Below are positions 14,221-29,810 of a stretch of DNA of 64,000 bases, piece after piece. The notes beneath the pieces were generated by a model. That model did no database searches. It was not told the DNA's origin and was given only the letters and a program-made list of their open reading frames with translations. The stretch is from Auanema rhodensis (taxonomy: Eukaryota; Animalia; Nematoda), in the NCBI GenBank assembly GCA_964057225.1, contig OZ059894.1, positions 21,452,001-21,516,000 of the forward strand, given 5' to 3'. A program made the position numbers and the translations under genes. Each line of letters opens with the position of its first letter. Within the stretch, counting starts at the first letter, position 1.

Positions 14221-15219
14221 CACTATACCACATTGAGAAACGCTTAATACAAAAATTAGTTATGATCGTTTGAAAAATGATGCATTAGTGTATGTTGAGT
14301 TTCCATTTACACTCAACATTGCTTCCAAAAACATTTTGACAAAAATTTTTTCGAAAAATTTCAAAATAATTTAGCAAAAAGTAGATGTTTTTAGATTCCA
14401 TTTTTCAAGGCAAAGACGATGGACAATGTTATTCAACGAAAAAATTAATTCTTCAGGGTGAAAATCGAGGATATAAGTGTGAACTTATATCAGTTGATAT
14501 CTCGGTGCATTTTTAAGCTAGCGCAAATCTGATAACACAGATCGACGCAGTTTAAAAATCCGCATCGAATGCACTATACTACATTGAGAAACGCTTAATA
14601 CAAAAATTAGTTATGATCGTTTGAAAAATGATGCATTAGTGTATGTTGAGTTTCCATGTACACTCAACATTGCTTCCAAAAACATTTTGACAAAAATTTT
14701 TTCGAAAAATTTCATAATAATTTAGCAAAAAGTAGATGTTTTTAGATTCCATTTTTCAAGGCAAAGACGATGGACAATGTTATTCAACGAAAAAATTAAT
14801 TCTTCAGGGTGAAAATCGAGGATATAAGTGTGAACTTATATCAGTTGATATCTCGGTGCATTTTTAAGCTAGCGCAAATCTGATAACACAGATCGACGCA
14901 GCTTAAAAATCCGCATCGAATGCACTATACCACATTGAGAAACGCTTAATACAAAAATTAGTTATGATCGTTTGAAAAATGATGCATTAGTGTATGTTGA
15001 GTTTCCATTTACACTCAACATTGCTTCCAAAAACATTTTGACAAAAATTTTTTCGAAAAATTTCAAAATAATTTAGCAAAAAGTAGATGTTTTTAGATTC
15101 CATTTTTCAAGGCAAAGACGATGGACAATGTTATTCAACGAAAAAATTAATTCTTCAGGGTGAAAATCGAGGATATAAGTGTGAACTTATATCAGTTGAT
15201 ATCTCGGTGCATTTTTAAG

Positions 15220-17060
15220 CTGGCGCAAATCTGATAACACAGATCGACGCAGCTTAAAAATCCGCATCGAATGCACTTTACTACATTGAGAAACGCTTAA
15301 TACAAAAATTAGTTATGCTCGTTTGAAAAATGATGCATTAGTGTATGTTGAGTTTCCATGTACACTCAACATTGCTTCCAAAAACATTTTGACAAAAATT
15401 TTTTCGAAAAATTTCATAATAATTTAGCAAAAAGTAGATGTTTTTAGATTCCATTTTTCAAGGCAAAGACGATGGACAATGTTATTCAACGAAAAAATTA
15501 ACTCTTCAGGGTGAAAATCGAGGATATAAGTGTGAACTTATATCAGTTGATATCTCGGTGCATTTTTAAGCTAGCGCAAATCTGATAACACAGATCGACG
15601 CAGCTTAAAAATCCGCATCGAATGCACTATACTACATTGAGAAACGCTTAATACAAAAATTAGTTATGATCGTTTGAAAAATGATGCATTAGTGTATGTT
15701 GAGTTTCCATGTACACTCAACATTGCTTCCAAAAACATTTTGACAAAAATTTTTTCGAAAAATTTCATAATAATTTAGCAAAAAGTAGATGTTTTTAGAT
15801 TCCATTTTTCAAGGCAAAGACGATGGACAATGTTATTCAACGAAAAAATTAATTCTTCAGGGTGAAAATCGAGGATATAAGTGTGAACTTATATCAGTTG
15901 ATATCTCGGTGCATTTTTAAGCTAGCGCAAATCTGATAACACAGATCGACGCAGCTTAAAAATCCGCATCGAATGCACTATACTACATTGAGAAACGCTT
16001 AATACAAAAATTAGTTATGATCGTTTGAAAAATGATGCATTAGTGTATGTTGAGTTTCCATTTACACTCAACATTGCTTCCAAAAACATTTTGACAAAAA
16101 TTTTTTCGAAAAATTTCAAAATAATTTAGCAAAAAGTAGATGTTTTTAGATTCCATTTTTCAAGGCAAAGACGATGGACAATGTTATTCAACGAAAAAAT
16201 TAATTCTTCAGGGTGAAAATCGAGGATATAAGTGTGAACTTATATCAGTTGATATCTCGGTGCATTTTTAAGCTAGCGCAAATCTGATAACACAGATCGA
16301 CGCAGCTTAAAAATCCGCATCGAATGCACTTTACTACATTGAGAAACGCTTAATACAAAAATTAGTTATGCTCGTTTGAAAAATGATGCATTAGTGTATG
16401 TTGAGTTTCCATGTACACTCAACATTGCTTCCAAAAACATTTTGACAAAAATTTTTTCGAAAAATTTCATAATAATTTAGCAAAAAGTAGATGTTTTTAG
16501 ATTCCATTTTTCAAGGCAAAGACGATGGACAATGTTATTCAACGAAAAAATTAATTCTTCAGGGTGAAAATCGAGGATATAAGTGTGAACTTATATCAGT
16601 TGATATCTCGGTGCATTTTTAAGCTAGCGCAAATCTGATAACACAGATCGACGCAGCTTAAAAATCCGCATCGAATGCACTATACTACATTGAGAAACGC
16701 TTAATACAAAAATTAGTTATGATCGTTTGAAAAATGATGCATTAGTGTATGTTGAGTTTCCATGTACACTCAACATTGCTTCCAAAAACATTTTGACAAA
16801 AATTTTTTCGAAAAATTTCATAATAATTTAGCAAAAAGTAGATGTTTTTAGATTCCATTTTTCAAGGCAAAGACGATGGACAATGTTATTCAACGAAAAA
16901 ATTAATTCTTCAGGGTGAAAATCGAGGATATAAGTGTGAACTTATATCAGTTGATATCTCGGTGCATTTTTAAGCTAGCGCAAATCTGATAACACAGATC
17001 GACGCAGCTTAAAAATCCGCATCGAATGCACTATACTACATTGAGAAACGCTTAATACAA
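15220..17060 (+). repeat. 3-monomer (1053-bp) duplication; ends approximate
   Basis: CACTTTAC at 15278/16331 and TATGCTCG at 15318/16371. Confidence 0.75.
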
Positions 17061-18269
17061 AATTTAGTTATGATCGTTTGAAAAATGATGCATTAGTGTA
17101 TGTTGAGTTTCCATGTACACTCAACATTGCTTCCAAAAACATTTTGACAAAAATTTTTTCGAAAAATTTCATAATAATTTAGCAAAAAGTAGATGTTTTT
17201 AGATTCCATTTTTCAAGGCAAAGACGATGGACAATGTTATTCAACGAAAAAATTAATTCTTCAGGGTGAAAATCGAGGATATAAGTGTGAACTTATATCA
17301 GTTGATATCTCGGTGCATTTTTAAGCTAGCGCAAATCTGATAACACAGATCGACGCAGCTTAAAAATCCGCATCGAATGCACTATACTACATTGAGAAAC
17401 GCTTAATACAAAAATTAGTTATGATCGTTTGAAAAATGATGCATTAGTGTATGTTGAGTTTCCATGTACACTCAACATTGCTTCCAAAAACATTTTGACA
17501 AAAATTTTTTCGAAAAATTTCATAATAATTTAGCAGAAAGTAGATGTTTTTAGATTCCATTTTTCAAGGCAAAGACGATGGACAATGTTATTCAACGAAA
17601 AAATTAATTCTTCAGGGTGAAAATCGAGGATATAAGTGTGAACTTATATCAGTTGATATCTCGGTGCATTTTTAAGCTAGCGCAAATCTGATAACACAGA
17701 TCGACGCAGCTTAAAAATCCGCATCGAATGCACTATACTACATTGAGAAACGCTTAATACAAAAATTAGTTATGATCGTTTGAAAAATGATGCATTAGTG
17801 TATGTTGAGTTTCCATGTACACTCAACATTGCTTCCAAAAACATTTTGACAAAAATTTTTTCGAAAAATTTCAAAATAATTTAGCAAAAAGTAGATGTTT
17901 TTAGATTCCATTTTTCAAGGCAAAGACGATGGACAATGTTATTCAACGAAAAAATTAATTCTTCAGGGTGAAAATCGAGGATATAAGTGTGAACTTATAT
18001 CAGTTGATATCTCGGTGCATTTTTAAGCTAGCGCAAATCTGATAACACAGATCGACGCAGCTTAAAAATCCGCATCGAATGCACTATACTACATTGAGAA
18101 ACGCTTAATACAAAAATTAGTTATGATCGTTTGAAAAATGATGCATTAGTGTATGTTGAGTTTCCATGTACACTCAACATTGCTTCCAAAAACATTTTGA
18201 CAAAAATTTTTTCGAGAAATTTCAGAATAATTTAGCAAAAAGTAGATGTTTTTAGATTCCTTTTTTCAA

Positions 18270-21200
18270 GGCAAAGACGATGGACAATGTTATTCAACGA
18301 AAAAATTAATTCTTCAGGGTGAAAATCGAGGATATAAGTGTGAACTTATATCAGTTGATATCTCGGTGCATTTTTAAGCTAGCGCAAATCTGATAACACA
18401 GATCGACGCAGCTTAAAAATCCACATCGAATGCACTATACTACATTGAGAAACGCTTAATACAAAAATTAGTTATGATCGTTTGAAAAATGATGCATTAG
18501 TGTATGTTGAGTTTCCATGTACACTCAACATTGCTTCCAAAAACATTTTGACAAAAATTTTTTCGAAAAATTTCATGATAATTTAGCAAAAAGTAGATGT
18601 TTTTAGATTCCATTTTTCAAGGCAAAGACGATGGACAATGTTATTCAACGAAAAAATTAATTCTTCAGGGTGAAAATCGAGGATATAAGTGTGAACTTAT
18701 ATCAGTTGATATCTCGGTGCATTTTTAAGCTAGCGCAAATCTAATAACACAGATCGACGCAGCTTAAAAATCCGCATCGAATGCACTATACTACATTGAG
18801 AAACGCTTAATACAAAAATTAGTTATGATCGTTTGAAAAATGATGCATTAGTGTATGTTGAGTTTCCATGTACACTCAACATTGCTTCCAAAAACATTTT
18901 GACAAAAATTTTTTCGAGAAATTTCAGAATAATTTAGCAAAAAGTAGATGTTTTTAGATTCCTTTTTTCAAGGCAAAGACGATGGACAATGTTATTCAAC
19001 GAAAAAATTAATTCTTCAGGGTGAAAATCGAGGATATAAGTGTGAACTTATATCAGTTGATATCTCGGTGCATTTTTAAGCTAGCGCAAATCTGATAACA
19101 CAGATCGACGCAGCTTAAAAATCCGCATCGAATGCACTATACTACATTGAGAAACGCTTAATACAAAAATTAGTTATGATCGTTTGAAAAATGATGCATT
19201 AGTGTATGTTGAGTTTCCATGTACACTCAACATTGCTTCCAAAAACATTTTGAAAAAAATTTTTTCGAAAAATTTCATAATAATTTAGCAAAAAGTAGAT
19301 GTTTTTAGATTCCATTTTTCAAGGCAAAGACGATGGACAATGTTATTCAACGAAAAAATTAATTCTTCAGGGTGAAAATCGAGGATATAAGTGTGAACTT
19401 ATATCAGTTGATATCTCGGTGCATTTTTAAGCTAGCGCAAATCTGATAACACAGATCGACGCAGCTTAAAAATCCGCATCGAATGCACTATACTACATTG
19501 AGAAACGCTTAATACAAAAATTAGTTATGATCGTTTGAAAAATGATGCATTAGTGTATGTTGAGTTTCCATGTACACTCAACATTGCTTCCAAAAACATT
19601 TTGACAAAAATTTTTTCGAAAAATTTCAAAATAATTTAGCAAAAAGTAGATGTTTTTAGATTCCTTTTTTCAAGGCAAAGACGATGGACAATGTTATTCA
19701 ACGAAAAAATTAATTCTTCAGGGTGAAAATCGAGGATATAAGTGTGAACTTATATCAGTTGATATCTCGGTGCATTTTTAAGCTAGCGCAAATCTGATAA
19801 CACAGATCGACGCAGCTTAAAAATCCGCATCGAATGCACTATACTACATTGAGAAACGCTTAATACAAAAATTAGTTATGATCGTTTGAAAAATGATGCA
19901 TTAGTGTATGTTGAGTTTCCATGTACACTCAACATTGCTTCCAAAAACATTTTGACAAAAATTTTTTCGAGAAATTTCAAAATAATTTAGCAAAAAGTAG
20001 ATGTTTTTAGATTCCATTTTTCAAGGCAAAGACGATGGACAATGTTATTCAACGAAAAAATTAATTCTTCAGGGTGAAAATCGAGGATATAAGTGTGAAC
20101 TTATATCAGTTGATATCTCGGTGCATTTTTAAGCTAGCGCAAATCTGATAACACAGATCGACGCAGCTTAAAAATCCACATCGAATGCACTATACTACAT
20201 TGAGAAACGCTTAATACAAAAATTAGTTATGATCGTTTGAAAAATGATGCATTAGTGTATGTTGAGTTTCCATGTACACTCAACATTGCTTCCAAAAACA
20301 TTTTGACAAAAATTTTTTCGAAAAATTTCATGATAATTTAGCAAAAAGTAGATGTTTTTAGATTCCATTTTTCAAGGCAAAGACGATGGACAATGTTATT
20401 CAACGAAAAAATTAATTCTTCAGGGTGAAAATCGAGGATATAAGTGTGAACTTATATCAGTTGATATCTCGGTGCATTTTTAAGCTAGCGCAAATCTAAT
20501 AACACAGATCGACGCAGCTTAAAAATCCGCATCGAATGCACTATACTACATTGAGAAACGCTTAATACAAAAATTAGTTATGATCGTTTGAAAAATGATG
20601 CAGTAGTGTATGTTGAGTTTCCATGTACACTCAACATTGCTTCCAAAAACATTTTGACAAAAATTTTTTCGAGAAATTTCAGAATAATTTAGCAAAAAGT
20701 AGATGTTTTTAGATTCCTTTTTTCAAGGCAAAAACGATGGACAATGTTATTCAACGAAAAAATTAATTCTTCAGGGTGAAAATCGAGGATATAAGTGTGA
20801 ACTTATATCAGTTGATATCTCGGTGCATTTTTAAGCTAGCGCAAATCTGATAACACAGATCGACGCAGCTTAAAAATCCGCATCGAATGCACTATACTAC
20901 ATTGAGAAACGCTTAATACAAAAATTAGTTATGATCGTTTGAAAAATGATGCATTAGTGTATGTTGAGTTTCCATGTACACTCAACATTGCTTCCAAAAA
21001 CATTTTGACAAAAATTTTTTCGAAAAATTTCATAATAATTTAGCAAAAAGTAGATGTTTTTAGATTCCATTTTTCAAGGCAAAGACGATGGACAATGTTA
21101 TTCAACGAAAAAATTAATTCTTCAGGGTGAAAATCGAGGATATAAGTGTGAACTTATATCAGTTGATATCTCGGTGCATTTTTAAGCTAGCGCAAATCTG

Positions 21201-21330
21201 ATAACACAGATCGACGCAGCTTAAAAATCCGCATCGAATGCACTATACTACATTGAGAAACGCTTAATACAAAAATTAGTTATGATCGTTTGAAAAATGA
21301 TGCATTAGTGTATGTTGAGTTTCCATTTAC
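18270..21330 (+). repeat. Block duplication at 5-monomer (1755-bp) spacing; ends approximate
   Basis: TCCACATC at 18423/20178, TCATGATA at 18577/20332 and TCTAATAA at 18743/20498. Confidence 0.85.
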
Positions 21331-24300
21331 ACTCAACATTGCTTCCAAAAACATTTTGACAAAAATTTTTTCGAAAAATTTCAAAATAATTTAGCAAAAA
21401 GTAGATGTTTTTAGATTCCATTTTTCAAGGCAAAGACGATGGACAATGTTATTCAACGAAAAAATTATTTCTTCAGGGTGAAAATCGAGGATATAAGTGT
21501 GAACTTATAGCAGTTGATATCTCGGTGCATTTTTAAGCTAGCGCAAATCTGATAACACAGATCGACGCAGCTTAAAAATCCGCATCGAATGCACTATACT
21601 ACATTGAGAAACGCTTAATACAAAAATTAGTTATGATCGTTTGAAAAATGATGCATTAGTGTATGTTGAGTTTCCATGTACACTCAACATTGCTTCCAAA
21701 AACATTTTGACAAAAATTTTTTCGAAAAATTTCAAGATAATTTAGCAAACAGTAGATGTTTTTAGATTCCATTTTTCAAGGCAAAGACGATGGACAATGT
21801 TATTCAACGGAAAAATTAATTATTTAGGGTGAAAATCGAGGATATAAGTGTGAACTTATATCAGTTGATATCTCGGTGCATTTTTAAGCTAGCGCAAATC
21901 TGATCACACAGATCGACGCAGCTTAAAAATCCGCATCGAATGCACTATACTACATTGAGAAACGCTTAATACAAAAATTAGTTATGATCGTTTGAAAAAT
22001 GATGCATTAGTGTATGTTGAGTTTCCATGTACACTCAATATTGCTTCCAAAAACATTTTGACAAAAATTTTTTCGAAAAATTTCAAAAGAATTTAGCAAA
22101 AAGTAGATGTTTTTAGATTCCATTTTTTAAGGCAAAGACGATGGACAATGTTATTCAACGAAAAATTTATTTCTTCAGGGTGAAAATCGAGGATATAAGT
22201 GTGAACTTATATCAGTTGATATCTCGGTGCATTTTTAAGCTAGCGCAAATCTGATAACACAGATCGACGCAGCTTAAAAATCCGCATCGAATGCACTATA
22301 CTACATTGAGAAACGCTTGATACAAAAATTAGTTATGATCGTTTGAAAAATGATGCATTAGTGTATGTTGAGTTTCCATGTACTCTCAACATTGCTTCCA
22401 AAAACATTTTGACAAAAATTTTTTCGAGAAATTTCAAAATAATTTAGCAAAAAGTAGATGTTTTTAGATTCCTTTTTTCAAGGCAAAGACGATGGACAAT
22501 GTTATTCAACGAAAAAATTAATTCTTCAGGGTGAAAATCGAGGATATAAGTGTGAACTTATATCAGTTGATATCTCGGTGCATTTTTAAGCTAGCGCAAA
22601 TCTGATAACACAGATCGACGCAGCTTAAAAATCCGCATCGAATGCACTATACTACATTGAGAAACGCTCAATACAAAAATTAGTTATGATCGTTTGAAAA
22701 ATGATGCATTAGTGTATGTTGAGTTTCCATGTACACTCAACATTGCTTCCAAAAACATTTTGACAAAAATTTTTTCGAAAAATTTCAAAATAATTTAGCA
22801 AAAAGTAGATGTTTTTTGATTCCTTTTTTCAAGGCAAAGACGATGGACAATGTTATTCAACGAAAAAATTAATTCTTCAGGGTGAAAATCGAGGATATAA
22901 GTGTGAACTTATATCAGTTGATATCTCGGTGCATTTTTAAGCTAGCGCAAATCTGATAACACAGAACGACGCAGCTTAAAAATCCGCATCGAATGCACTA
23001 TACTACATTGAGAAACGCTTAATACAAAAATTAGTTATGATCGTTTGAAAAATGATGCATTAGTGTATGTTGAGTTTCCATGTACACTCAACATTGCTTC
23101 CAAAAACATTTTGACAAAAATTTTTTCGAGAAATTTCAAAATAATTTAGCAAAAAGTAGATGTTTTTAGATTCCTTTTTTCAAGGCAAAGACGATGGACA
23201 ATGTTATTCAACGAAAAAATTAATTCTTCAGGGTGAAAATCGAGGATATAAGTGTGAACTTATATCAGTTGATATCTCGGTGCATTTTTAAGCTAGCGCA
23301 AATCTGATAACACAGAACGACGCAGCTTAAAAATCCGCATCGAATGCACTATACTACATTGAGAAACGCTTAATACAAAAACTAGTTATGATCGTTTGAA
23401 AAATGATGCATTAGTGTATGTTGAGTTTCCATGTACACTCAACATTGCTTCCAAAAACATTTTGACAAAAATTTTTTCGAGAAATTTCAAAATAATTTAG
23501 CAAAAAGTAGATGTTTTTAGATTCCTTTTTTCAAGGCAAAGACGATGGACAATGTTATTCAACGAAAAAATTAATTCTTCAGGGTGAAAATCGAGGATAT
23601 AAGTGTGAACTTATATCAGTTGATATCTCGGTGCATTTTTAAGCTAGCGCAAATCTGATAACACAGATCGACGCAGCTTAAAAATCCGCATCGAATGCAC
23701 TATACTACATTGAGAAACGCTTAATACAAAAATTAGTTATGATCGTTTGAAAAATGATGCATTAGTGTATGTTGAGTTTCCATGTACACTCAACATTGCT
23801 TCCAAAAACATTTTGACAAAAATTTTTTCGAAAAATTTCAAAATAATTTAGCAAAAAGTAGATGTTTTTAGATTCCTTTTTTCAAGGCAAAGACGATGGA
23901 CAATGTTATTCAACGAAAAAATTAATTCTTCAGGGTGAAAATCGAGGATATAAGTGTAAACTTATATCAGTTGATATCTCGGTGCATTTTTAAGCTAGCG
24001 CAAATCTGATAACACAGATCGACGCAGCTTAAAAATCCGCATCGAATGCACTATACTACATTGAGAAACGCTTAATACAAAAATTAGTTATGATCGTTTG
24101 AAAAATGATGCATTAGTGTATGTTGAGTTTCCATGTACACTCAACATTGCTTCCAAAAACATTTTGACAAAAATTTTTTCGAAAAATTTCAAAATAATTT
24201 AGCAAAAAGTAGATGTTTTTAGATTCCTTTTTTCAAGGCAAAGACGATGGACAATGTTATTCAACGAAAAAATTAATTCTTCAGGGTGAAAATCGAGGAT

Positions 24301-27300
24301 ATAAGTGTGAACTTATATCAGTTGATATCTCGGTGCATTTTTAAGCTAGCGCAAATCTGATAACACAGAACGACGCAGCTTAAAAATCCGCATCGAATGC
24401 ACTATACTACATTGAGAAACGCTTAATACAAAAATTAGTTATGATCGTTTGAAAAATGATGCATTAGTGTATGTTGAGTTTCCATGTACACTCAACATTG
24501 CTTCCAAAAACATTTTGACAAAAATTTTTTCGAGAAATTTCAAAATAATTTAGCAAAAAGTAGATGTTTTTAGATTCCTTTTTTCAAGGCAAAGACGATG
24601 GACAATGTTATTCAACGAAAAAATTAATTCTTCAGGGTGAAAATCGAGGATATAAGTGTGAACTTATATCAGTTGATATCTCGGTGCATTTTTAAGCTAG
24701 CGCAAATCTGATAACACAGATCGACGCAGCTTAAAAATCCGCATCGAATGCACTATACTACATTGAGAAACGCTTAATACAAAAATTAGTTATGATCGTT
24801 TGAAAAATGATGCATTAGTGTATGTTGAGTTTCCATGTACACTCAACATTGCTTCCAAAAACATTTTGACAAAAATTTTTTCGAAAAATTTCAAAATAAT
24901 TTAGCAAAAAGTAGATGTTTTTAGATTCCTTTTTTCAAGGCAAAGACGATGGACAATGTTATTCAACGAAAAAATTAATTCTTCAGGGTGAAAATCGAGG
25001 ATATAAGTGTGAACTTATATCAGTTGATATCTCGGTGCATTTTTAAGCTAGCGCAAATCTGATAACACAGATCGACGCAGCTTAAAAATCCGCATCGAAT
25101 GCACTATACTACATTGAGAAACGCTTAATACAAAAATTAGTTATGATCGTTTGAAAAATGATGCATTAGTGTATGTTGAGTTTCCATGTACACTCAACAT
25201 TGCTTCCAAAAACATTTTGACAAAAATTTTTTCGAAAAATTTCAAAATAATTTAGCAAAAAGTAGATGTTTTTAGATTCCTTTTTTCAAGGCAAAGACGA
25301 TGGACAATGTTATTCAACGAAAAAATTAATTCTTCAGGGTGAAAATCGAGGATATAAGTGTGAACTTATATCAGTTGATATCTCGGTGCATTTTTAAGCT
25401 AGCGCAAATCTGATAACACAGATCGACGCAGCTTAAAAATCCGCATCGAATGCACTATACTACATTGAGAAACGCTTAATACAAAAATTAGTTATGATCG
25501 TTTGAAAAATGATGCATTAGTGTATGTTGAGTTTCCATGTACACTCAACATTGCTTCCAAAAACATTTTGACAAAAATTTTTTCGAAAAATTTCAAAATA
25601 ATTTAGCAAAAAGTAGATGTTTTTAGATTCCTTTTTTCAAGGCAAAGACGATGGACAATGTTATTCAACGAAAAAATTGATTCTTCAGGGTGAAAATCGA
25701 GGATATAAGTGTGAACTTATATCAGTTGATATCTCGGTGCATTTTTAAGCTAGCGCAAATCTGATAACACAGATCGACGCAGCTTAAAAATCCGCATCGA
25801 ATGCACTATACTACATTGAGAAACGCTTAATACAAAAATTAGTTATGATCGTTTGAAAAATGATGCATTAGTGTATGTTGAGTTTCCATTTACACTCAAC
25901 ATTGCTTCCAAAAACATTTTGACAAAAATTTTTTCGAAAAATTTCAAAATAATTTAGCAAAAAGTAGATGTTTTTAGATTCCATTTTTCAAGGCAAAGAC
26001 GATGGACAATGTTATTCAACGAAAAAATTAATTCTTCAGGGTGAAAATCGAGGATATAAGTGTGAACTTATATCAGTTGATATCTCGGTGCATTTTTAAG
26101 CTAGCGCAAATCTGATAACACAGATCGACGCAGCTTAAAAATCCGCATCGAATGCACTATACTACATTGAGAAACGCTTAATACAAAAATTAGTTATGAT
26201 CGTTTGAAAAATGATGCATTAGTGTATGTTGAGTTTCCATGTACACTCAACATTGCTTCCAAAAACATTTTGACAAAAATTTTTTCGAGAAATTTCAAAA
26301 TAATTTAGCAAAAAGTAGATGTTTTTAGATTCCATTTTTCAAGGCAAAGACGATGGACAATGTTATTCAACGAAAAAATTAATTCTTCAGGGTGAAAATC
26401 GAGGATATAAGTGTGAACTTATATCAGTTGATATCTCGGTGCATTTTTAAGCTAGCGCAAATCTGATAACACAGATCGACGCAGCTTAAAAATCCGCATC
26501 GAATGCACTATACTACATTGAGAAACGCTTAATACAAAAATTAGTTATGATCGTTTGAAAAATGATGCATTAGTGTATGTTGAGTTTCCATTTACACTCA
26601 ACATTGCTTCCAAAAACATTTTGACAAAAATTTTTTCGAAAAATTTCAAAATAATTTAGCAAAAAGTAGATGTTTTTAGATTCCATTTTTCAAGGCAAAG
26701 ACGATGGACAATGTTATTCAACGAAAAAATTATTTCTTCAGGGTGAAAATCGAGGATATAAGTGTGAACTTATAGCAGTTGATATCTCGGTGCATTTTTA
26801 AGCTAGCGCAAATCTGATAACACAGATCGACGCAGCTTAAAAATCCGCATCGAATGCACTATACTACATTGAGAAACGCTTAATACAAAAATTAGTTATG
26901 ATCGTTTGAAAAATGATGCATTAGTGTATGTTGAGTTTCCATGTACACTCAACATTGCTTCCAAAAACATTTTGACAAAAATTTTTTCGAAAAATTTCAA
27001 GATAATTTAGCAAACAGTAGATGTTTTTAGATTCCATTTTTCAAGGCAAAGACGATGGACAATGTTATTCAACGGAAAAATTAATTATTTAGGGTGAAAA
27101 TCGAGGATATAAGTGTGAACTTATATCAGTTGATATCTCGGTGCATTTTTAAGCTAGCGCAAATCTGATCACACAGATCGACGCAGCTTAAAAATCCGCA
27201 TCGAATGCACTATACTACATTGAGAAACGCTTGATACAAAAATTAGTTATGATCGTTTGAAAAATGATGCATTAGTGTATGTTGAGTTTCCATGTACTCT

Positions 27301-27599
27301 CAACATTGCTTCCAAAAACATTTTGACAAAAATTTTTTCGAAAAATTTCAAAAGAATTTAGCAAAAAGTAGATGTTTTTAGATTCCATTTTTCAAGGCAA
27401 AGACGATGGACAATGTTATTCAACGAAAAAATTAATTCTTCAGGGTGAAAATCGAGGATATAAGTGTGAACTTATATCAGTTGATATCTCGGTGCATTTT
27501 TAAGCTAGCGCAAATCTGATAACACAGATCGACGCAGCTTAAAAATCCGCATCGAATGCACTCTACTACATTGAAAAACGCTTAATACAAAAATTAGTT

Positions 27600-29810
27600 A
27601 TGATCGTTTGAAAAATGATGCATTAGTGTATGTTGAGTTTCCATGTACACTCAATATTGCTTCCAAAAACATTTTGACAAAAATTTTTTCGAAAAATTTC
27701 AAAATAATTTAGCAAAAGTAGATGTTTTTAGATTCCTTTTTTCAAGGCAAAGACGATGGACAATGTTATTCAACGAAAAAATTATTTCTTCAGGGTGAAA
27801 ATCGAGGATATAAGTGTGAACTTATAGCAGTTGATATCTCGGTGCATTTTTAAGCTAGCGCAAATCTGATAACACAGATCGACGCAGCTTAAAAATCCGC
27901 ATCGAATGCACTATACTACATTGAGAAACGCTTAATACAAAAATTAGTTATGATCGTTTGAAAAATGATGCATTAGTGTATGTTGAGTTTCCATGTACAC
28001 TCAACATTGCTTCCAAAAACATTTTGACAAAAATTTTTTCGAAAAATTTCAAAATAATTTAGCAAACAGTAGATGTTTTTAGATTCCATTTTTCAAGGCA
28101 AAGACGATGGACAATGTTATTCAACGGAAAAATTAATTATTTAGGGTGAAAATCGAGGATATAAGTGTGAACTTATATCAGTTGATATCTCGGTGCATTT
28201 TTAAGCTAGCGCAAATCTGATCACACAGATCGACGCAGCTTAAAAATCCGCATCGAATGCACTATACTACATTGAGAAACGCTTAATACAAAAATTAGTT
28301 ATGATCGTTTGAAAAATGATGCATTAGTGTATGTTGAGTTTCCATGTACACTCAACATTGCTTCCAAAAACATTTTGACAAAAATTTTTTCGAAAAATTT
28401 CAAAATAATTTAGCAAAAAGTACATGTTTTTAGATTCCATTTTTCAAGGCAAAGACGATGGACAATGTTATTCAACGAAAAAATTGATTCTTCAGGGTGA
28501 AAATCGAGGATATAAGTGTGAACTTATATCAGTTGATATCTCGGTGCATTTTTAAGCTAGCGCAAATCTGATAACACAGAACGACGCAGCTTGAAAATCC
28601 GCATCGAATGCACTATACTACATTGAGAAACGCTTAATACAAAAATTAGTTATGATCGTTTGAAAAATGATGCATTAGTGTATGTTGAGTTTCCATGTAC
28701 ACTCAACATTGCTTCCAAAAACATTTTGACAAAAATTTTTTCGAGAAATTTCAAAATAATTTAGCAAAAAGTAGATGTTTTTAGATTCCTTTTTTCAAGG
28801 CAAAGACGATGGACAATGTTATTCAACGAAAAAATTGATTCTTCAGGGTGAAAATCGAGGATATAAGTGTGAACTTATATCAGTTGATATCTCGGTGCAT
28901 TTTTAAGCTAGCGCAAATCTGATAACACAGAACGACGCAGCTTGAAAATCCGCATCGAATGCACTATACTACATTGAGAAACGCTTAATACAAAAATTAG
29001 TTATGATCGTTTGAAAAATGATGCATTAGTGTATGTTGAGTTTCCATGTACACTCAATATTGCTTCCAAAAACATTTTGACAAAAATTTTTTCGAAAAAT
29101 TTCAAAATAATTTAGCAAAAGTAGATGTTTTTAGATTCCTTTTTTCAAGGCAAAGACGATGGACAATGTTATTCAACGAAAAAATTATTTCTTCAGGGTG
29201 AAAATCGAGGATATAAGTGTGAACTTATAGCAGTTGATATCTCGGTGCATTTTTAAGCTAGCGCAAATCTGATAACACAGATCGACGCAGCTTAAAAATC
29301 CGCATCGAATGCACTATACTACATTGAGAAACGCTTAATACAAAAATTAGTTATGATCGTTTGAAAAATGATGCATTAGTGTATGTTGAGTTTCCATGTA
29401 CACTCAACATTGCTTCCAAAAACATTTTGACAAAAATTTTTTCGAAAAATTTCAAAATAATTTAGCAAACAGTAGATGTTTTTAGATTCCATTTTTCAAG
29501 GCAAAGACGATGGACAATGTTATTCAACGGAAAAATTAATTATTTAGGGTAAAAATCGAGGATATAAGTGTGAACTTATATCAGTTGATATCTCGGTGCA
29601 TTTTTAAGCTAGCGCAAATCTGATCACACAGATCGACGCAGCTTAAAAATCCGCATCGAATGCACTATACTACATTGAGAAACGCTTAATACAAAAATTA
29701 GTTATGATCGTTTGAAAAATGATGCATTAGTGTATGTTGAGTTTCCATGTACACTCAACATTGCTTCCAAAAACATTTTGACAAAAATTTTTTCGAAAAA
29801 TTTCAAAATA
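27600..29810 (+). repeat. Block duplication at 4-monomer (1403-bp) spacing, carrying a 1-bp deletion
   Basis: CAATATT at 27655/29058, GCAAAAG (one A missing) before 27718/29121 and TTATAGCAG at 27827/29230. Confidence 0.85.
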
